A stretch of 64,000 nucleotides of DNA, taken from a bacterium (lineage in GTDB: Bacteria; UBA8248). Positions 1 to 9,788 of the stretch are shown here, one piece after another (position 1 is the first letter of the stretch; each line of letters starts with the position of its first letter). The translations under genes and the position numbers were made by a program. Where the stretch lies: assembly GCA_965200245.1 (NCBI GenBank), contig CBDATS010000015.1, positions 96,001 through 160,000 of the forward strand. Reading direction: 5' to 3'. The notes beneath the pieces were generated by a model. It was not told the origin of the DNA, searched no databases, and saw nothing but the letters and a program-made list of their open reading frames with translations.

Positions 1-282
1 TATGAACGGATGAAAAGAAACGGCGCGCCGTTCGAGATACTGGCGGTGAGCATTGATGCCCTGGGAGCGGACGCGGTTGAGAGATTCGTTGATCGCTTCG
101 GCCTCACGTTTCCGGTTCTTCTCGACCCGCGGGGGAGCATCAAGAAGCTCTACCGCACGACCGGTGTGCCGGAGACCTTCATTGTGGACGGTCAGGGTCG
201 CCTTCAGCAGGAGATCATCGGCGTCCGCAAGTGGGACGCTCCCACGGTCGTCGACTATCTCGAACGAATGGCGCGGTCCTGA
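1..282 (+). CDS. TlpA/ResA-like thiol-disulfide oxidoreductase, 3' part (5' end outside window)
   Basis: EILAVSID...FPVLLDP...GVPETFIVD..G C-terminal pattern of the TlpA family; frame open from base 1. Confidence 0.85.
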   Translation, partial: YERMKRNGAPFEILAVSIDALGADAVERFVDRFGLTFPVLLDPRGSIKKLYRTTGVPETFIVDGQGRLQQEIIGVRKWDAPTVVDYLERMARS

Positions 283-297
283 AAGAACCTGCAAAAT

Positions 298-1395
298 CTA
301 CAGTTCAAAGCCGAGTTCCAGTTCCTCGTTCAGCTTCTGCATCTGTTCGAGGACGGCGGGTGTGATGGGAATGCCGATGCGCCTGTTTTCCTCCTCGGCG
401 ATGGCCTCGGGCTCACCGTGAATGTAGATGCGATCATGGCCCGGCGCCTTTTTCGCCCCCCGGATGGTGTCAAAGAGTTTTCCCATATCGACAAACATGG
501 CGGAGAGTTCCCGGAAACCCGACATCTTGATCGCACCCATAAAATGGCCCGTGGCAGATTTCGCCGTTCCTGATGCGCCCGCCATGCGGCTTTCCAGCCC
601 TGCGCCCGAGAGCACGCCACAGAGAAGTTCTATCATGAGTTGCAGGCCGTACCCCTTGTGGCCTCCATTCTCGTCACCCTCGCCGCCCAGGGGTGCGAGA
701 GGTACCTCGTAGTTCAGAATGCTCTTCTCGTTGAGCGTGGGCGTTCCCATCGAGGAGAGAACCCAGCCCTTGGGGATTTCACGTCCCTCGCGCAGGGCCG
801 TCTCAATCTTGCCGACAGCTGTTACGGCGGTGGCCATATCGAGGTGAAAATCAGTTCCTCCCGGACCGCTTGGTATCGCCACGCTCATCGGATTGGTGCC
901 GAAAAGTGCCTCTCCCCCGAAAGTGGGGGCGGTGCGGCGTCCGCCGTTCGTCATGCTGATGCCGATGTAGCCCGCCTCCATCGCTTTTTTCGCCCAATAG
1001 CCGGCATACCCGAAATGGCTGCTGTTTCGGACGGTCACGAAACCCGAACCATGCTTTTCCGCCATGGCGAGGGCCTCGTCCATCGCACGGTTTGAAGCGA
1101 CGATGCCGATGGCGTCGTCCGCATCGAGAAGGCCGGTCGTGTCGCTACCCTTGTGAAATTTCATGTCTGGCCTGCTGTTGAGTACACCGTTTTCGAGGCG
1201 AACCATAAAGAAGGTCAGTCGTGCCGCACCGTGGCTGCGGATGCCTCTTAAATCGGCGCTGACCAATACTTTCGCCACCAGGCGGGCGTCGTCCTCGGGC
1301 ACATCCTTGCTGCGGAATATGGTGTAGACGAACTCTTCGATGACTTCGGCTGGGAACCGCACCGTACCTTCGGGCAGGGGACCGGACTCGACCAT
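298..1395 (-). CDS. Ldh_2 family oxidoreductase (malate/L-lactate/L-sulfolactate type 2)
   Basis: DLRGIRSHG, NSSHFG, GTNP, DMAT and GGHKGYGL motifs; GAGGAGG RBS. Confidence 0.9.
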   Translation of the reverse strand: MVESGPLPEGTVRFPAEVIEEFVYTIFRSKDVPEDDARLVAKVLVSADLRGIRSHGAARLTFFMVRLENGVLNSRPDMKFHKGSDTTGLLDADDAIGIVASNRAMDEALAMAEKHGSGFVTVRNSSHFGYAGYWAKKAMEAGYIGISMTNGGRRTAPTFGGEALFGTNPMSVAIPSGPGGTDFHLDMATAVTAVGKIETALREGREIPKGWVLSSMGTPTLNEKSILNYEVPLAPLGGEGDENGGHKGYGLQLMIELLCGVLSGAGLESRMAGASGTAKSATGHFMGAIKMSGFRELSAMFVDMGKLFDTIRGAKKAPGHDRIYIHGEPEAIAEEENRRIGIPITPAVLEQMQKLNEELELGFEL

Positions 1396-1571
1396 GAAAA
1401 CCTCCTCGGAAAAAAGTTGATTATTGATGATGCCTTGAATGCCGCGGCATCTTAGCCTGTATTTGCGTTTTTCGGGAAGCCTTGCACGGCATCGCCGCGC
1501 CTTGCGAGTAGCCCCTGCCTTTTGTCAAAATGCGTTTCTTTTCGGGATGTGTACTCTGAGACGGGGGAGAG

Positions 1572-2642
1572 GTGGAAGTGGCTCGCATTGCGGTGGTGCG
1601 CGGAGACGGAATAGCGAACGAGGTGATGCCCGAGGCGGAGGAGACACTCAAGGCGGCGGCCGATGCAGCCTCGTTTCAGGTGGAATTCGAATACTTCGAC
1701 TGGGGAAGCGATCGCTATCTGGAGCAGGGGAGGGGGATGCCCGAAGACGGCTGTGATACCTTGCGGGAGGGCTTCGACGCCGTGTTTCAGGGTGCCATCG
1801 GCGACCCGAGGGTCCCCGGATCCATTGTACAGGAACAGGTGATTCTCGGAGTCCGTTTCGGGCTGGATCTCTACGCCAACATCCGTCCTTGCAGGCTCTA
1901 CCATGAGGATCTGACACCGCTCAAGAACATGGGGGCAGGTGACATCGATCACGTCGTGGTACGTGAAAACACTGAGGGTCTTTTCGTGAACGTGGGAGGG
2001 TTTTTCAAGCAGGGCACGAAAGACGAAGTAGCCCTGCAGGAAGAGGTGCATACCTACAAAGGGGTGGAGCGCGTTATTCGGGCATCGTTCGGGTTTGCAA
2101 GGCGGCATAAGCGCAGAAAAGTCACCATGGCGGACAAGGCGAGCGGGCTGCGCTACGCGGGCGGAATTTGGCGGCGCGTGTTCGATGAAGTACGGGCAGA
2201 TTTCGAAGATATTGAATCTGAGGCGATGCACATCGACGCCGTGGCGATGGAGGTGATCCAGCACCCGTCGGAATTCGACGTTATCGTGACCAACAACATG
2301 TTCGGGGACATTCTGAGCGACATTACTTCGGGCTTGGTGGGCGGGCTGGGACTGGCACCTTCCGCGAACGTGAACCTGGAAGGCGTCTCGATGTTCGAGC
2401 CTGTCCACGGCACGGCGCCCGATATCTACGGACGCGGCATCGCAAACCCCATGGCGGCTATATTGACGGGCGCTCTCTTGCTGGAGCATCTAGGCTGCGG
2501 AGCGGGCGGAACCGCCATGCGGCGAGCGGTGGAGGAAGCCATAGCGCATGGCGAGCGCACGGCGGACATCGGAGGTCGTCTGAACACGAAAGAATGTGGC
2601 GATGCTATAAGAAATAGACTAGGAAATGATAGCTCAAAATAA
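1572..2642 (+). CDS. Isocitrate/isopropylmalate/tartrate dehydrogenase family protein
   Basis: GDGIA, YANIRP, VVRENTEG, NMFGDILSD and FEPVHGTAPD motifs. Confidence 0.9.
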   Translation: MEVARIAVVRGDGIANEVMPEAEETLKAAADAASFQVEFEYFDWGSDRYLEQGRGMPEDGCDTLREGFDAVFQGAIGDPRVPGSIVQEQVILGVRFGLDLYANIRPCRLYHEDLTPLKNMGAGDIDHVVVRENTEGLFVNVGGFFKQGTKDEVALQEEVHTYKGVERVIRASFGFARRHKRRKVTMADKASGLRYAGGIWRRVFDEVRADFEDIESEAMHIDAVAMEVIQHPSEFDVIVTNNMFGDILSDITSGLVGGLGLAPSANVNLEGVSMFEPVHGTAPDIYGRGIANPMAAILTGALLLEHLGCGAGGTAMRRAVEEAIAHGERTADIGGRLNTKECGDAIRNRLGNDSSK

Positions 2643-3047
2643 TCCACTGTTGTTGCGATGGCTGAGAAACAGGTCGACACTCATTCTGTGCCACAACAGA
2701 GGAGGCGACGACCCGACAGCCAGTGAGCACATTGCGGAGCCGTCGGAATCGGCAGGCAACGAATCCCAGTATTTCCAGACACCCGGGTAGAGTATCGTCT
2801 TGCAAAGGTGCTGGCGCGTCCTTTCCACGATATCTTGTGCGCTAGAGTCGTCAATCTCCGACAATAAAAGAACGCCCGCCATTGCGAAAAAAGGGCTCTC
2901 CTCGTGCAACAGAACATGCCCGTCAGGTAACTGCACTACATAGAAAGGCCAGCACCCGTCATCATCAACGAATGAGTTGAGAAACGTCAGGCCCTTGTCG
3001 ATTGCACTGCGCATGCAACGCAGTGTGTGAGAAGGGAGGTTCATCAC
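2634..3047 (-). pseudogene. Truncated class II terpene cyclase / prenyltransferase-squalene oxidase repeat-like protein (N-terminal 137 aa)
   Basis: QW-like motif GLTFLNSFVDDDGCWP; WKYW..LPADSDGSAM resembles a degenerate DxDD; ends abruptly at RNNSGLF, overlapping the stop of the convergent dehydrogenase. Confidence 0.55.
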
Positions 3048-3059
3048 ACTCGGCTTTTC

Positions 3060-4196
3060 TCAAAACAGGAATTGCGCACCGGTATAAGCTTTTACCAACA
3101 CTTTTTGGTCTTGAACCACGAGTTTGAAGTGGTTCAGGCCCGACAGGAACGGGACAAACTCACCTTCATGGATGAAATATTCCCAGCGCGCCATTTTTTT
3201 GAGACCCTTGGCCTTGGAAGGCACACACCATCCCTCTGCCACACAAAGATCGATGAAATCGTGCTCGATATCGTATACCAGAGTCCGCCACGGCCGAGCG
3301 AAGTGCAATTCGAAACCGATACGCGGAGAAATGCTACTGCCGGTGACATCCAGGGCCACCGTCAGTCTTTCGAAGCCGAGGGAAGCCAACAACAATACAT
3401 CGGTGACAGTATCACATGGTCCTTCCCATCCAATACGGCCGAGATAATCTGCGACCTCACCGGGTGGCATGGGGAACAAAAAGCGAATTGCCCTGAATTT
3501 CCGGGCGGGTAGCACTCCGATATGGGTAATTCGAGCTCCGGCGGGCAATTCGTCTACGATGCGGAACGCCGTGCGGAACTCTTCCTTGTCTTCCTGCCAG
3601 TTCGCAGCGGCGCACGCAACCGCAACAATCACGCCGGAATTGGCGATCTGGTATGGTGGCACGTGGTCCGGCAAATCTTCCCTTTCGTCCACTGCGGGAG
3701 TCAGGAACAGGCCCGGAAGGAACTGATCACTGTCATTGCTGTCGATGATATCCCATTCCAGAAGGACTCTATCGAACCAGCGGGACAGGAAACTGTCGCG
3801 CCTCTGCAACTCATGCAACAGCCTGCCCAGGCTTCGATCGGTCGCGCAGGCCTCGTTGGACTGGCCGTGCTTGACCGGCCAGGCGGCGATCGGCGAATCG
3901 GGTGGCACATTCATAAAAAAGTCGCAGAGCGGTAGCGGGTCGTCCAGGCGCATCTCGAAACCGAACATCGAATGCGCAGCACAGGCAGGTAGCGTCGCCC
4001 CGCAAAGCGCAAGCCGTTCGAGGGCTTGCGAGCCAATCAGTTCGTCGGGCATGCACGATGCGGCACAACGGAGTGCCGCATCAAATGATCGAGTCTCATG
4101 GCTATCCTGCGCCGATGCCTTCCCTGTTTCCTTGCTGCTTATCGTCCGTCTTTCGCAAGGCACCGGGATACCTGACTTAGCCGGAGGCATACCCAT
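3060..4196 (-). CDS. Putative RiPP maturase, prenyltransferase-like (ABBA/PT-barrel-like); start uncertain
   Basis: FGFEMRL..CDF, LLEWD, HIGVLPAR, LDV..RIGFE and GLNHFKL..KAY motifs recalled from NHLP/Nif11-cluster proteins; lies between the NHLP precursor and the cyclase-like gene. Confidence 0.55.
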   Translation of the reverse strand: MGMPPAKSGIPVPCERRTISSKETGKASAQDSHETRSFDAALRCAASCMPDELIGSQALERLALCGATLPACAAHSMFGFEMRLDDPLPLCDFFMNVPPDSPIAAWPVKHGQSNEACATDRSLGRLLHELQRRDSFLSRWFDRVLLEWDIIDSNDSDQFLPGLFLTPAVDEREDLPDHVPPYQIANSGVIVAVACAAANWQEDKEEFRTAFRIVDELPAGARITHIGVLPARKFRAIRFLFPMPPGEVADYLGRIGWEGPCDTVTDVLLLASLGFERLTVALDVTGSSISPRIGFELHFARPWRTLVYDIEHDFIDLCVAEGWCVPSKAKGLKKMARWEYFIHEGEFVPFLSGLNHFKLVVQDQKVLVKAYTGAQFLF

Positions 4197-5059
4197 TTGA
4201 GTCCGCACTGAAGTGGAAACGATCCGGTGACGCGGGCAGCATTTGGTTATATAGTATGTACATCGACAGATGTCGATGTTGCTTCTGGGTGAGCGACCAC
4301 ACGGAACTTGATCCAATCACAATGGATGAATTCATTCTTTCTCTTGGTAAGGGGAAGAATTGAACTGGAATACCCACCCTCGGTCTAGTAGATTCCTTCT
4401 CCGCCGCCGTATCCACCTGTAAGCTGCTCCATATCCTCATCTATTTCGGTCAACTTTATGGGGAAAGTTCTTGTCTGTGAATTCCATGAAACGGGAGACT
4501 GGTTCTGCCTTGCGTTTGATCAGGGATTCTCATTCATTTTCCAACCCTGCCCTTCTTCCCTTCCAGGGCTTCTCCACTGATAAACGGAGTTCTCATCAGG
4601 CTGACCGGTGAACGCGCCCAATAACCTTCAATTGCAGCAATACGGCTTCCAGGGCTCATACGTGTGTCTGCCATTCGTTCCCCTGTTCGCTTTATCTCGT
4701 TTTGAACCTCTCGAATATCTCCCTCATTCAGGTATGAATAAAGACTGTCAGGGCTATCCCTATACCTGTGAGAGTAAGTATATCCATACTCTCATCCCCA
4801 ATTTATTGAGGCGTTTGGTGTAGGCAATATATGAGAAGACGAGCGACTAGGTCAATCTCCGCGTCGGAATCAAGGCGCGGAGGTACAAGATTTGCGCAAA
4901 TGGCCGGTAGCGTTGATGCGCGACCCATTGTCCAGTTGTCTCGCACTGAACAGCTGCATGTCGTTCGGATGGACCGCCTCTGCCGATCCGGCCCGGAGAT
5001 AGTCCGGATTCAAGTGCTGGCAACGGATCTCATCGCCATGGAAGATACCGGATTGAGGC

Positions 5060-5205
5060 TGCGTGACAGCGGAGTCGATGAACCTTTCCGCGGCGTTCAG
5101 ACGACCCTGACGATGGCCACCCTGGCTGGGCTTCGCCCTGTGCCCGTCGTACTTCCGACCGGGAGTGTCACGGCTCTCCGCCTTCAACGCTTCTTCCACG
5201 ACCCG
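5060..5205 (-). mobile_element. IS256-family transposase remnant
   Basis: VVEEALKAESRDTPGRKY..AKPSQG..GRLNAAERFID aligns by eye, at DNA and protein level, with the IS256 transposase at about 55990-56140. Confidence 0.8.
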
Positions 5206-5323
5206 CACGCCTGCGAGGGACATGTGTGCGGGTTTGTTCATCGTTAATACCCCGGCCAGTCATAAAATCCGCCGTGGACGGACGTTAGCTGTTTTTCATC
5301 ATACAGGTAAGACCTGCGGAGAA

Positions 5324-5578
5324 TCAAAAAATATCGAGACGATATGCGCCATGAGCGCCTTCCAGCTCTTCCTCGGTGAGCCGGGGCGAAGGCGGAAGGA
5401 CGAGATAGCTGTTTTCGGCGTCGTCTTCCATCACATGCAGGTTGAAAGTCTCCGGCACCGCGATTCCGAACTCCCCGGATACCACGGCCCTCGGTTCGGA
5501 GATAAGACGGGCACGGAACTCCTCACTGTCGCCTGCCTTCCCGATCAGGTGCTCGCGCATCCCGGAAAGAGATTTCAC
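5324..5578 (-). CDS. NHLP-leader (proteusin-type) RiPP precursor peptide
   Basis: KA..SEEFRARLISEPRAV, LHVMED...YLVLP and LTEEELEGAHG leader motifs; short core (A)YRLDIF; AGGAGA RBS before GTG. Confidence 0.85.
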   Translation of the reverse strand: MKSLSGMREHLIGKAGDSEEFRARLISEPRAVVSGEFGIAVPETFNLHVMEDDAENSYLVLPPSPRLTEEELEGAHGAYRLDIF

Positions 5579-6100
5579 TTGGGTCTCCTGTCCTGGAGTA
5601 ACGAGTATGGTTTGATGCCCCGACGCTTTCGCCTTTTTGCATCGTCATCATGAACAGCGTATGGGATGTCCCGATGGGAAAGCAGGTAATTTTTGACGTT
5701 TTTCTGTTGAGAAACAGACTCTCGGAACCCTGTCCATAGTCCCCCTCTTCTCCCGGGAAACCGGCGGCCGAAGTAGCCATATTTCCAGAATGATGCCGTT
5801 ATGACCCCTCCTCCTGTGTGCAAAAGACGTTCCCTGTCTTGCAGGAAAGAGTCATGACGACTTCCGCACACAAATTCCGGAAGTGACGGTGATGTCCGTC
5901 TGCATGATGTTCAAAGGGTGATTGGGGCCGGTACGCAATATAAAGGGATTGGGACTTGCGGATTCAAGTGTGTAATTCCCCCAAAACATCCCGATCAAAT
6001 CGCTCGGTTCATTTACGAAATCGAATATGCATATGAGGACGACTTCGAATGGATTAAGGTAGAATAGCCATGTGGAATTGTTCAAATATAAATTCAGGAG

Positions 6101-6466
6101 ATGAACATGCCGGAGAAATCAGTTGTGGACGTTGCAAAAGCGGACTTCAAGTCCGTGGCCTGGGGGCAGACAAAAATTCTGGTCAGCCCTGTAGTAAACG
6201 GTTCCGAACATGTGCGCGTTGGGCTGACGGAGTACGACCCTGCTACCCCGCATGAGCCACATGCGCACCCGGGTCAGGAGGAAGTTATCTGGGTGTTGAG
6301 TGGGCAGGGCTATACGGAGACGCATGGTGAGAAAATCGACCTGTATCCGGGGGCAGTGGCGTTCATCCCCGCAGGTATGGAGCACAAGACGGCGGCTGTC
6401 GGCGGAAAGATGCAGGCCATCATTATCAAGGGGCCGGTTCGGGACGCCGATGGTGTCTTGAGTTAG
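6101..6466 (+). CDS. Cupin domain protein
   Basis: HAHPGQEEVIWVLSG and FIPAGMEH motifs. Confidence 0.85.
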   Translation: MNMPEKSVVDVAKADFKSVAWGQTKILVSPVVNGSEHVRVGLTEYDPATPHEPHAHPGQEEVIWVLSGQGYTETHGEKIDLYPGAVAFIPAGMEHKTAAVGGKMQAIIIKGPVRDADGVLS

Positions 6467-6525
6467 AAGGTACTGAAGAGAAGAGTGCCGCCCGCTTGGG
6501 AAGGTCGATGTCCCGGGGCGAGTTT

Positions 6526-7572
6526 TCAGGGAGCGGAAATCAAAACCCGATCGTCCTGGACTTCCAGTTTCGTTCCGAAAGGCTCGTTCAACGCGTTCAT
6601 GACGTCTACGATCCTGCGACCTGCGCCCCGGTTGGGAGAGTGAAGCCTGGGCCTGGAGAATACGCCGGCAGTCACGGGGATCAGATACGGTTCTTTCACC
6701 CCCGTTTTCGTCAGGGTACAACCGAACAGTAAGGTGTCGTGCGTTTCGTCGGTGAAGAAGGCGATGTCGAAGTCGAATATCAGATTTCCCATGCTGTAGA
6801 TGATGGGCACACCCTTGTAGAATTCAACAGCCTGGAGAACGTGCGGGTGACCGCCTAGAACCAGGTTCGCGCCTGCGGCGATGCTGGCGTGGGCGATTTC
6901 TCTCTCGAAGGCCATCACCTCGTGCGTCATGCTTGTTCCCCAGTGGTGGTTCACGATCACCAAGTCCGTATTTTTCCTTGAATTCCTGATGTCGCGCTTC
7001 ATGCGTGTCAGGTGAGCGGGTTCCGCCCAGGTGTCGATTCGCGGCGGGGTGCCCGGATATTCGGAAAGGTCGCGCCACGGACGGTAGGCCGTGTGTGCAC
7101 GGACAGGATTTACGCCCGGGCCGGCTGCCGTGGCCTCGAAACCTCTCGGGATGACGGAGGAATACGCAAGAAAGCTTATCCTGAGGCCCCCGCGCTCAAT
7201 CATAACTGGCTTTCTCGCCTGCGCCAGATTCATGCCGCCGCCCACAAGTTCGACGCCCAGGGAATTCATGAGCGACATGGTTTGCGCAAAGGCTTCTTCT
7301 CCATAGTCGAGAACATGATTGTTCGCAAAGGCCATGACGTCGAAACCGGCCTCTGTGAGGGCGTGGGCCATGTCCGGCGCGCCGCGGAGGAGAATTTTCT
7401 CTGGCGCTGGTTTCCCGTCACGGGAGAGGGGCAGTTCCAGGTTGGCGAATGTGACGTCCGCATTGCGGAGGAGGGGAATCAGATTACCGAAAGCACCTTT
7501 CGGATCCGCACGGTTTATCGCAATGTCTCCTCCCGCAGTAAGTGTGGGACCTGCTTGAGAGCGGGGGGACAT
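6526..7572 (-). CDS. CapA family metallophosphatase-fold protein
   Basis: GD, ANLE, ANNHVLDYG, HWG, GGHPHVLQ and YSMGN motifs. Confidence 0.9.
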   Translation of the reverse strand: MSPRSQAGPTLTAGGDIAINRADPKGAFGNLIPLLRNADVTFANLELPLSRDGKPAPEKILLRGAPDMAHALTEAGFDVMAFANNHVLDYGEEAFAQTMSLMNSLGVELVGGGMNLAQARKPVMIERGGLRISFLAYSSVIPRGFEATAAGPGVNPVRAHTAYRPWRDLSEYPGTPPRIDTWAEPAHLTRMKRDIRNSRKNTDLVIVNHHWGTSMTHEVMAFEREIAHASIAAGANLVLGGHPHVLQAVEFYKGVPIIYSMGNLIFDFDIAFFTDETHDTLLFGCTLTKTGVKEPYLIPVTAGVFSRPRLHSPNRGAGRRIVDVMNALNEPFGTKLEVQDDRVLISAP

Positions 7573-7576
7573 ATAT

Positions 7577-8674
7577 CTATTCGGTGAGGCAAAGACCGTG
7601 GTCGGGCGTAAAGGAGAGATATACCTTCTGGCCGGTGTTCAGTTCCTCGAAGTGGTCGATTTGCACGCCCACCTCGTGTGGACCAACCTGGACCTGGCAG
7701 TCGAGAAAGTTACCCAGATATACGGTGTCGATAACCTCGCCTTCAATAAGGTTTATCGCATCGGCCGGTTTTTCGAGATGAAGCAGAAGGTCCTCGGGAC
7801 GGATACTCAGAATAATCCTGGCGCCTGCTGATGCGCCTTCTGCGCCGGTAGCCCTCAAGCGGACAGGAGCATTCCCCTCGCCGAGAGAAACTGCGACGTC
7901 CGTCAGGTTACCGTCGTGGCCGAGGAGTTCCCCTTCCAGAAGATTCGCCACACCGATGAAATTCGCCACGAACGCGTTCGTGGGTTCAGCGTAGATGGTC
8001 TCTGGATCGCCGATTTGCTGAATCACTCCCTTGTCCATTACCACGACCCTGTCGCTCATGACGAGCGCCTCTGTCTGGTCGTGTGTCACGTAGATTGAGG
8101 TAATGCCCACGTCGTGCTGCAGCCGCGTGAGTTCGATGCGCATCTGTTCGCGGAGTTTGGCGTCGAGGTTGCTCAACGGTTCGTCGAAAAGGACCACCTT
8201 GGGGTTGTAGACAATGGCGCGAGCCAGGGCGACGCGCTGGCGTTGCCCGCCGGAGAGTTTGGTAGCGTATCGCTCGGCGAGATGGCCAAGGCCCACAAGA
8301 TCGAGAGCCTTTGTCGTTTTCTCCTTGATTGAGGCCCTGGTTTCACGGCGGATTCTCAGGCCGTAGGCCACGTTGTCAAAGACCGTCATATGCGGCCAAA
8401 CAGCGTAGCTCTGGAACACCATGCCGAGGTTCCTTTCCTCAGGCGTGAGAAAAACCTCGTTCGCTACGGAAGTGACATAGTCGTCCTCGATTTGAATATC
8501 GCCGCTGTCGGGGTGTTCGAGGCCTGCGATGCACCTGAGTGTCGTCGTTTTCCCGCAGCCCGAAGGCCCAAGGAGCGTGACGAACTCACCCTGTTCGACG
8601 GACAAATCGATTCCCGCCACGGCCACTTCGGGCCCGAATGATTTCACCAGCTTTGTGATTTGGACGAATGACAC
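7577..8674 (-). CDS. ABC transporter ATP-binding protein (PotA/FbpC-like, TOBE domain)
   Basis: GPSGCGKT, LSGGQ, DEPLSNLD. Confidence 0.95.
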   Translation of the reverse strand: MSFVQITKLVKSFGPEVAVAGIDLSVEQGEFVTLLGPSGCGKTTTLRCIAGLEHPDSGDIQIEDDYVTSVANEVFLTPEERNLGMVFQSYAVWPHMTVFDNVAYGLRIRRETRASIKEKTTKALDLVGLGHLAERYATKLSGGQRQRVALARAIVYNPKVVLFDEPLSNLDAKLREQMRIELTRLQHDVGITSIYVTHDQTEALVMSDRVVVMDKGVIQQIGDPETIYAEPTNAFVANFIGVANLLEGELLGHDGNLTDVAVSLGEGNAPVRLRATGAEGASAGARIILSIRPEDLLLHLEKPADAINLIEGEVIDTVYLGNFLDCQVQVGPHEVGVQIDHFEELNTGQKVYLSFTPDHGLCLTE

Positions 8675-8686
8675 GCTATGTATCCT

Positions 8687-9784
8687 CTAGGGTCTGACGG
8701 CCAGTGTATGATCCGGGTCGGGACGCACGTATACCTTTTCACCCACGCGCAGTCGTTCTCTGGAGTGGGCCAGAACCTTCCACTCGAATGTTCCCCACTT
8801 CACACGGCAATCGAGACAGTTGCCCAGAAATACGGACTGGATCACTTCACCCTCGATCCGCGGACCGTCCATCGGTTCGCGCGAGGCGTCCACATTCTCG
8901 GGTCGAACGGAGAGATAGGCATCGTCGCCCTCCGAGAGGCCGCTGGCGAGCAGACAAGGCAGTTGAACGATCTCGCCTTCCTGGGATATCTCGATGGTTC
9001 CCGATCCCTCGCCGCCGTTGGAAACGATGCGACCCTCGGTCAGGTTCGCCACCCCGATGAAATCGCTCACGAACTTGTTTACGGGCCGCGCGTAGATGGA
9101 ATGGGGGCCGCCGGTTTGCTCGATGCGACCCTTACTCATCACGATGATCTCATCGCTCATCACGAGGGCTTCCGCCTGATCGTGCGTCACATAGATGGAA
9201 GTAATGCCGATTTCGTGCTGAATGCGCTTGAGTTCCACACGCATCTGCTCTCTGAGTTTGAGATCCAGGTTGCTGAGCGGCTCGTCGAAGAGCAGGAGGC
9301 GTGGCCGGAAGACCATCGCGCGCGCAAGCGCCGCTCTTTGCTGCTGGCCGCCCGAGAGCTGCGTGGCGTTTTTGTCTGCCATGTCGGAGAGACCGACGAT
9401 CCTGAGCACCTCGGCGACGCGATCATCGATTTCTGACTGCGCGACGTCACGAATTTCGAGCGGATAGGCCACGTTCTGGGTTACGTTCATGTGTGGCCAG
9501 ATGGCGTAACTCTGGAACACCATGCCGATGTTGCGCTTCTCGGGTGCGAGGTTGACGCGTTTTTGTATCGAGGTGACAGGGTCTGCCCCGATGCGTATCT
9601 CGCCTGCGTCGGGTTTGTGGAGGCCCGCGATGCACATGAGCGTCGTGGTCTTCCCGCAGCCCGAGGGGCCCAGCAGGGTGAGAAATTTTCCCTCCTCGAT
9701 GCCAAAGGAAATGCCGTCCACGGCGCGGTCGTCGCCGAAGTATTTGACGAGGTGATCTACCTGGAGATAGTTGTTTTCGCTCAT
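8687..9784 (-). CDS. ABC transporter ATP-binding protein (paralog of 7577..8674)
   Basis: GPSGCGKT, LSGGQ, DEPLSNLD. Confidence 0.95.
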   Translation of the reverse strand: MSENNYLQVDHLVKYFGDDRAVDGISFGIEEGKFLTLLGPSGCGKTTTLMCIAGLHKPDAGEIRIGADPVTSIQKRVNLAPEKRNIGMVFQSYAIWPHMNVTQNVAYPLEIRDVAQSEIDDRVAEVLRIVGLSDMADKNATQLSGGQQQRAALARAMVFRPRLLLFDEPLSNLDLKLREQMRVELKRIQHEIGITSIYVTHDQAEALVMSDEIIVMSKGRIEQTGGPHSIYARPVNKFVSDFIGVANLTEGRIVSNGGEGSGTIEISQEGEIVQLPCLLASGLSEGDDAYLSVRPENVDASREPMDGPRIEGEVIQSVFLGNCLDCRVKWGTFEWKVLAHSRERLRVGEKVYVRPDPDHTLAVRP

Positions 9785-9788
9785 TGTC

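Noticed and set aside
6526-7572. Poly-gamma-glutamate capsule locus
   Set aside because: Only a CapA-like gene is present; no capB or capC
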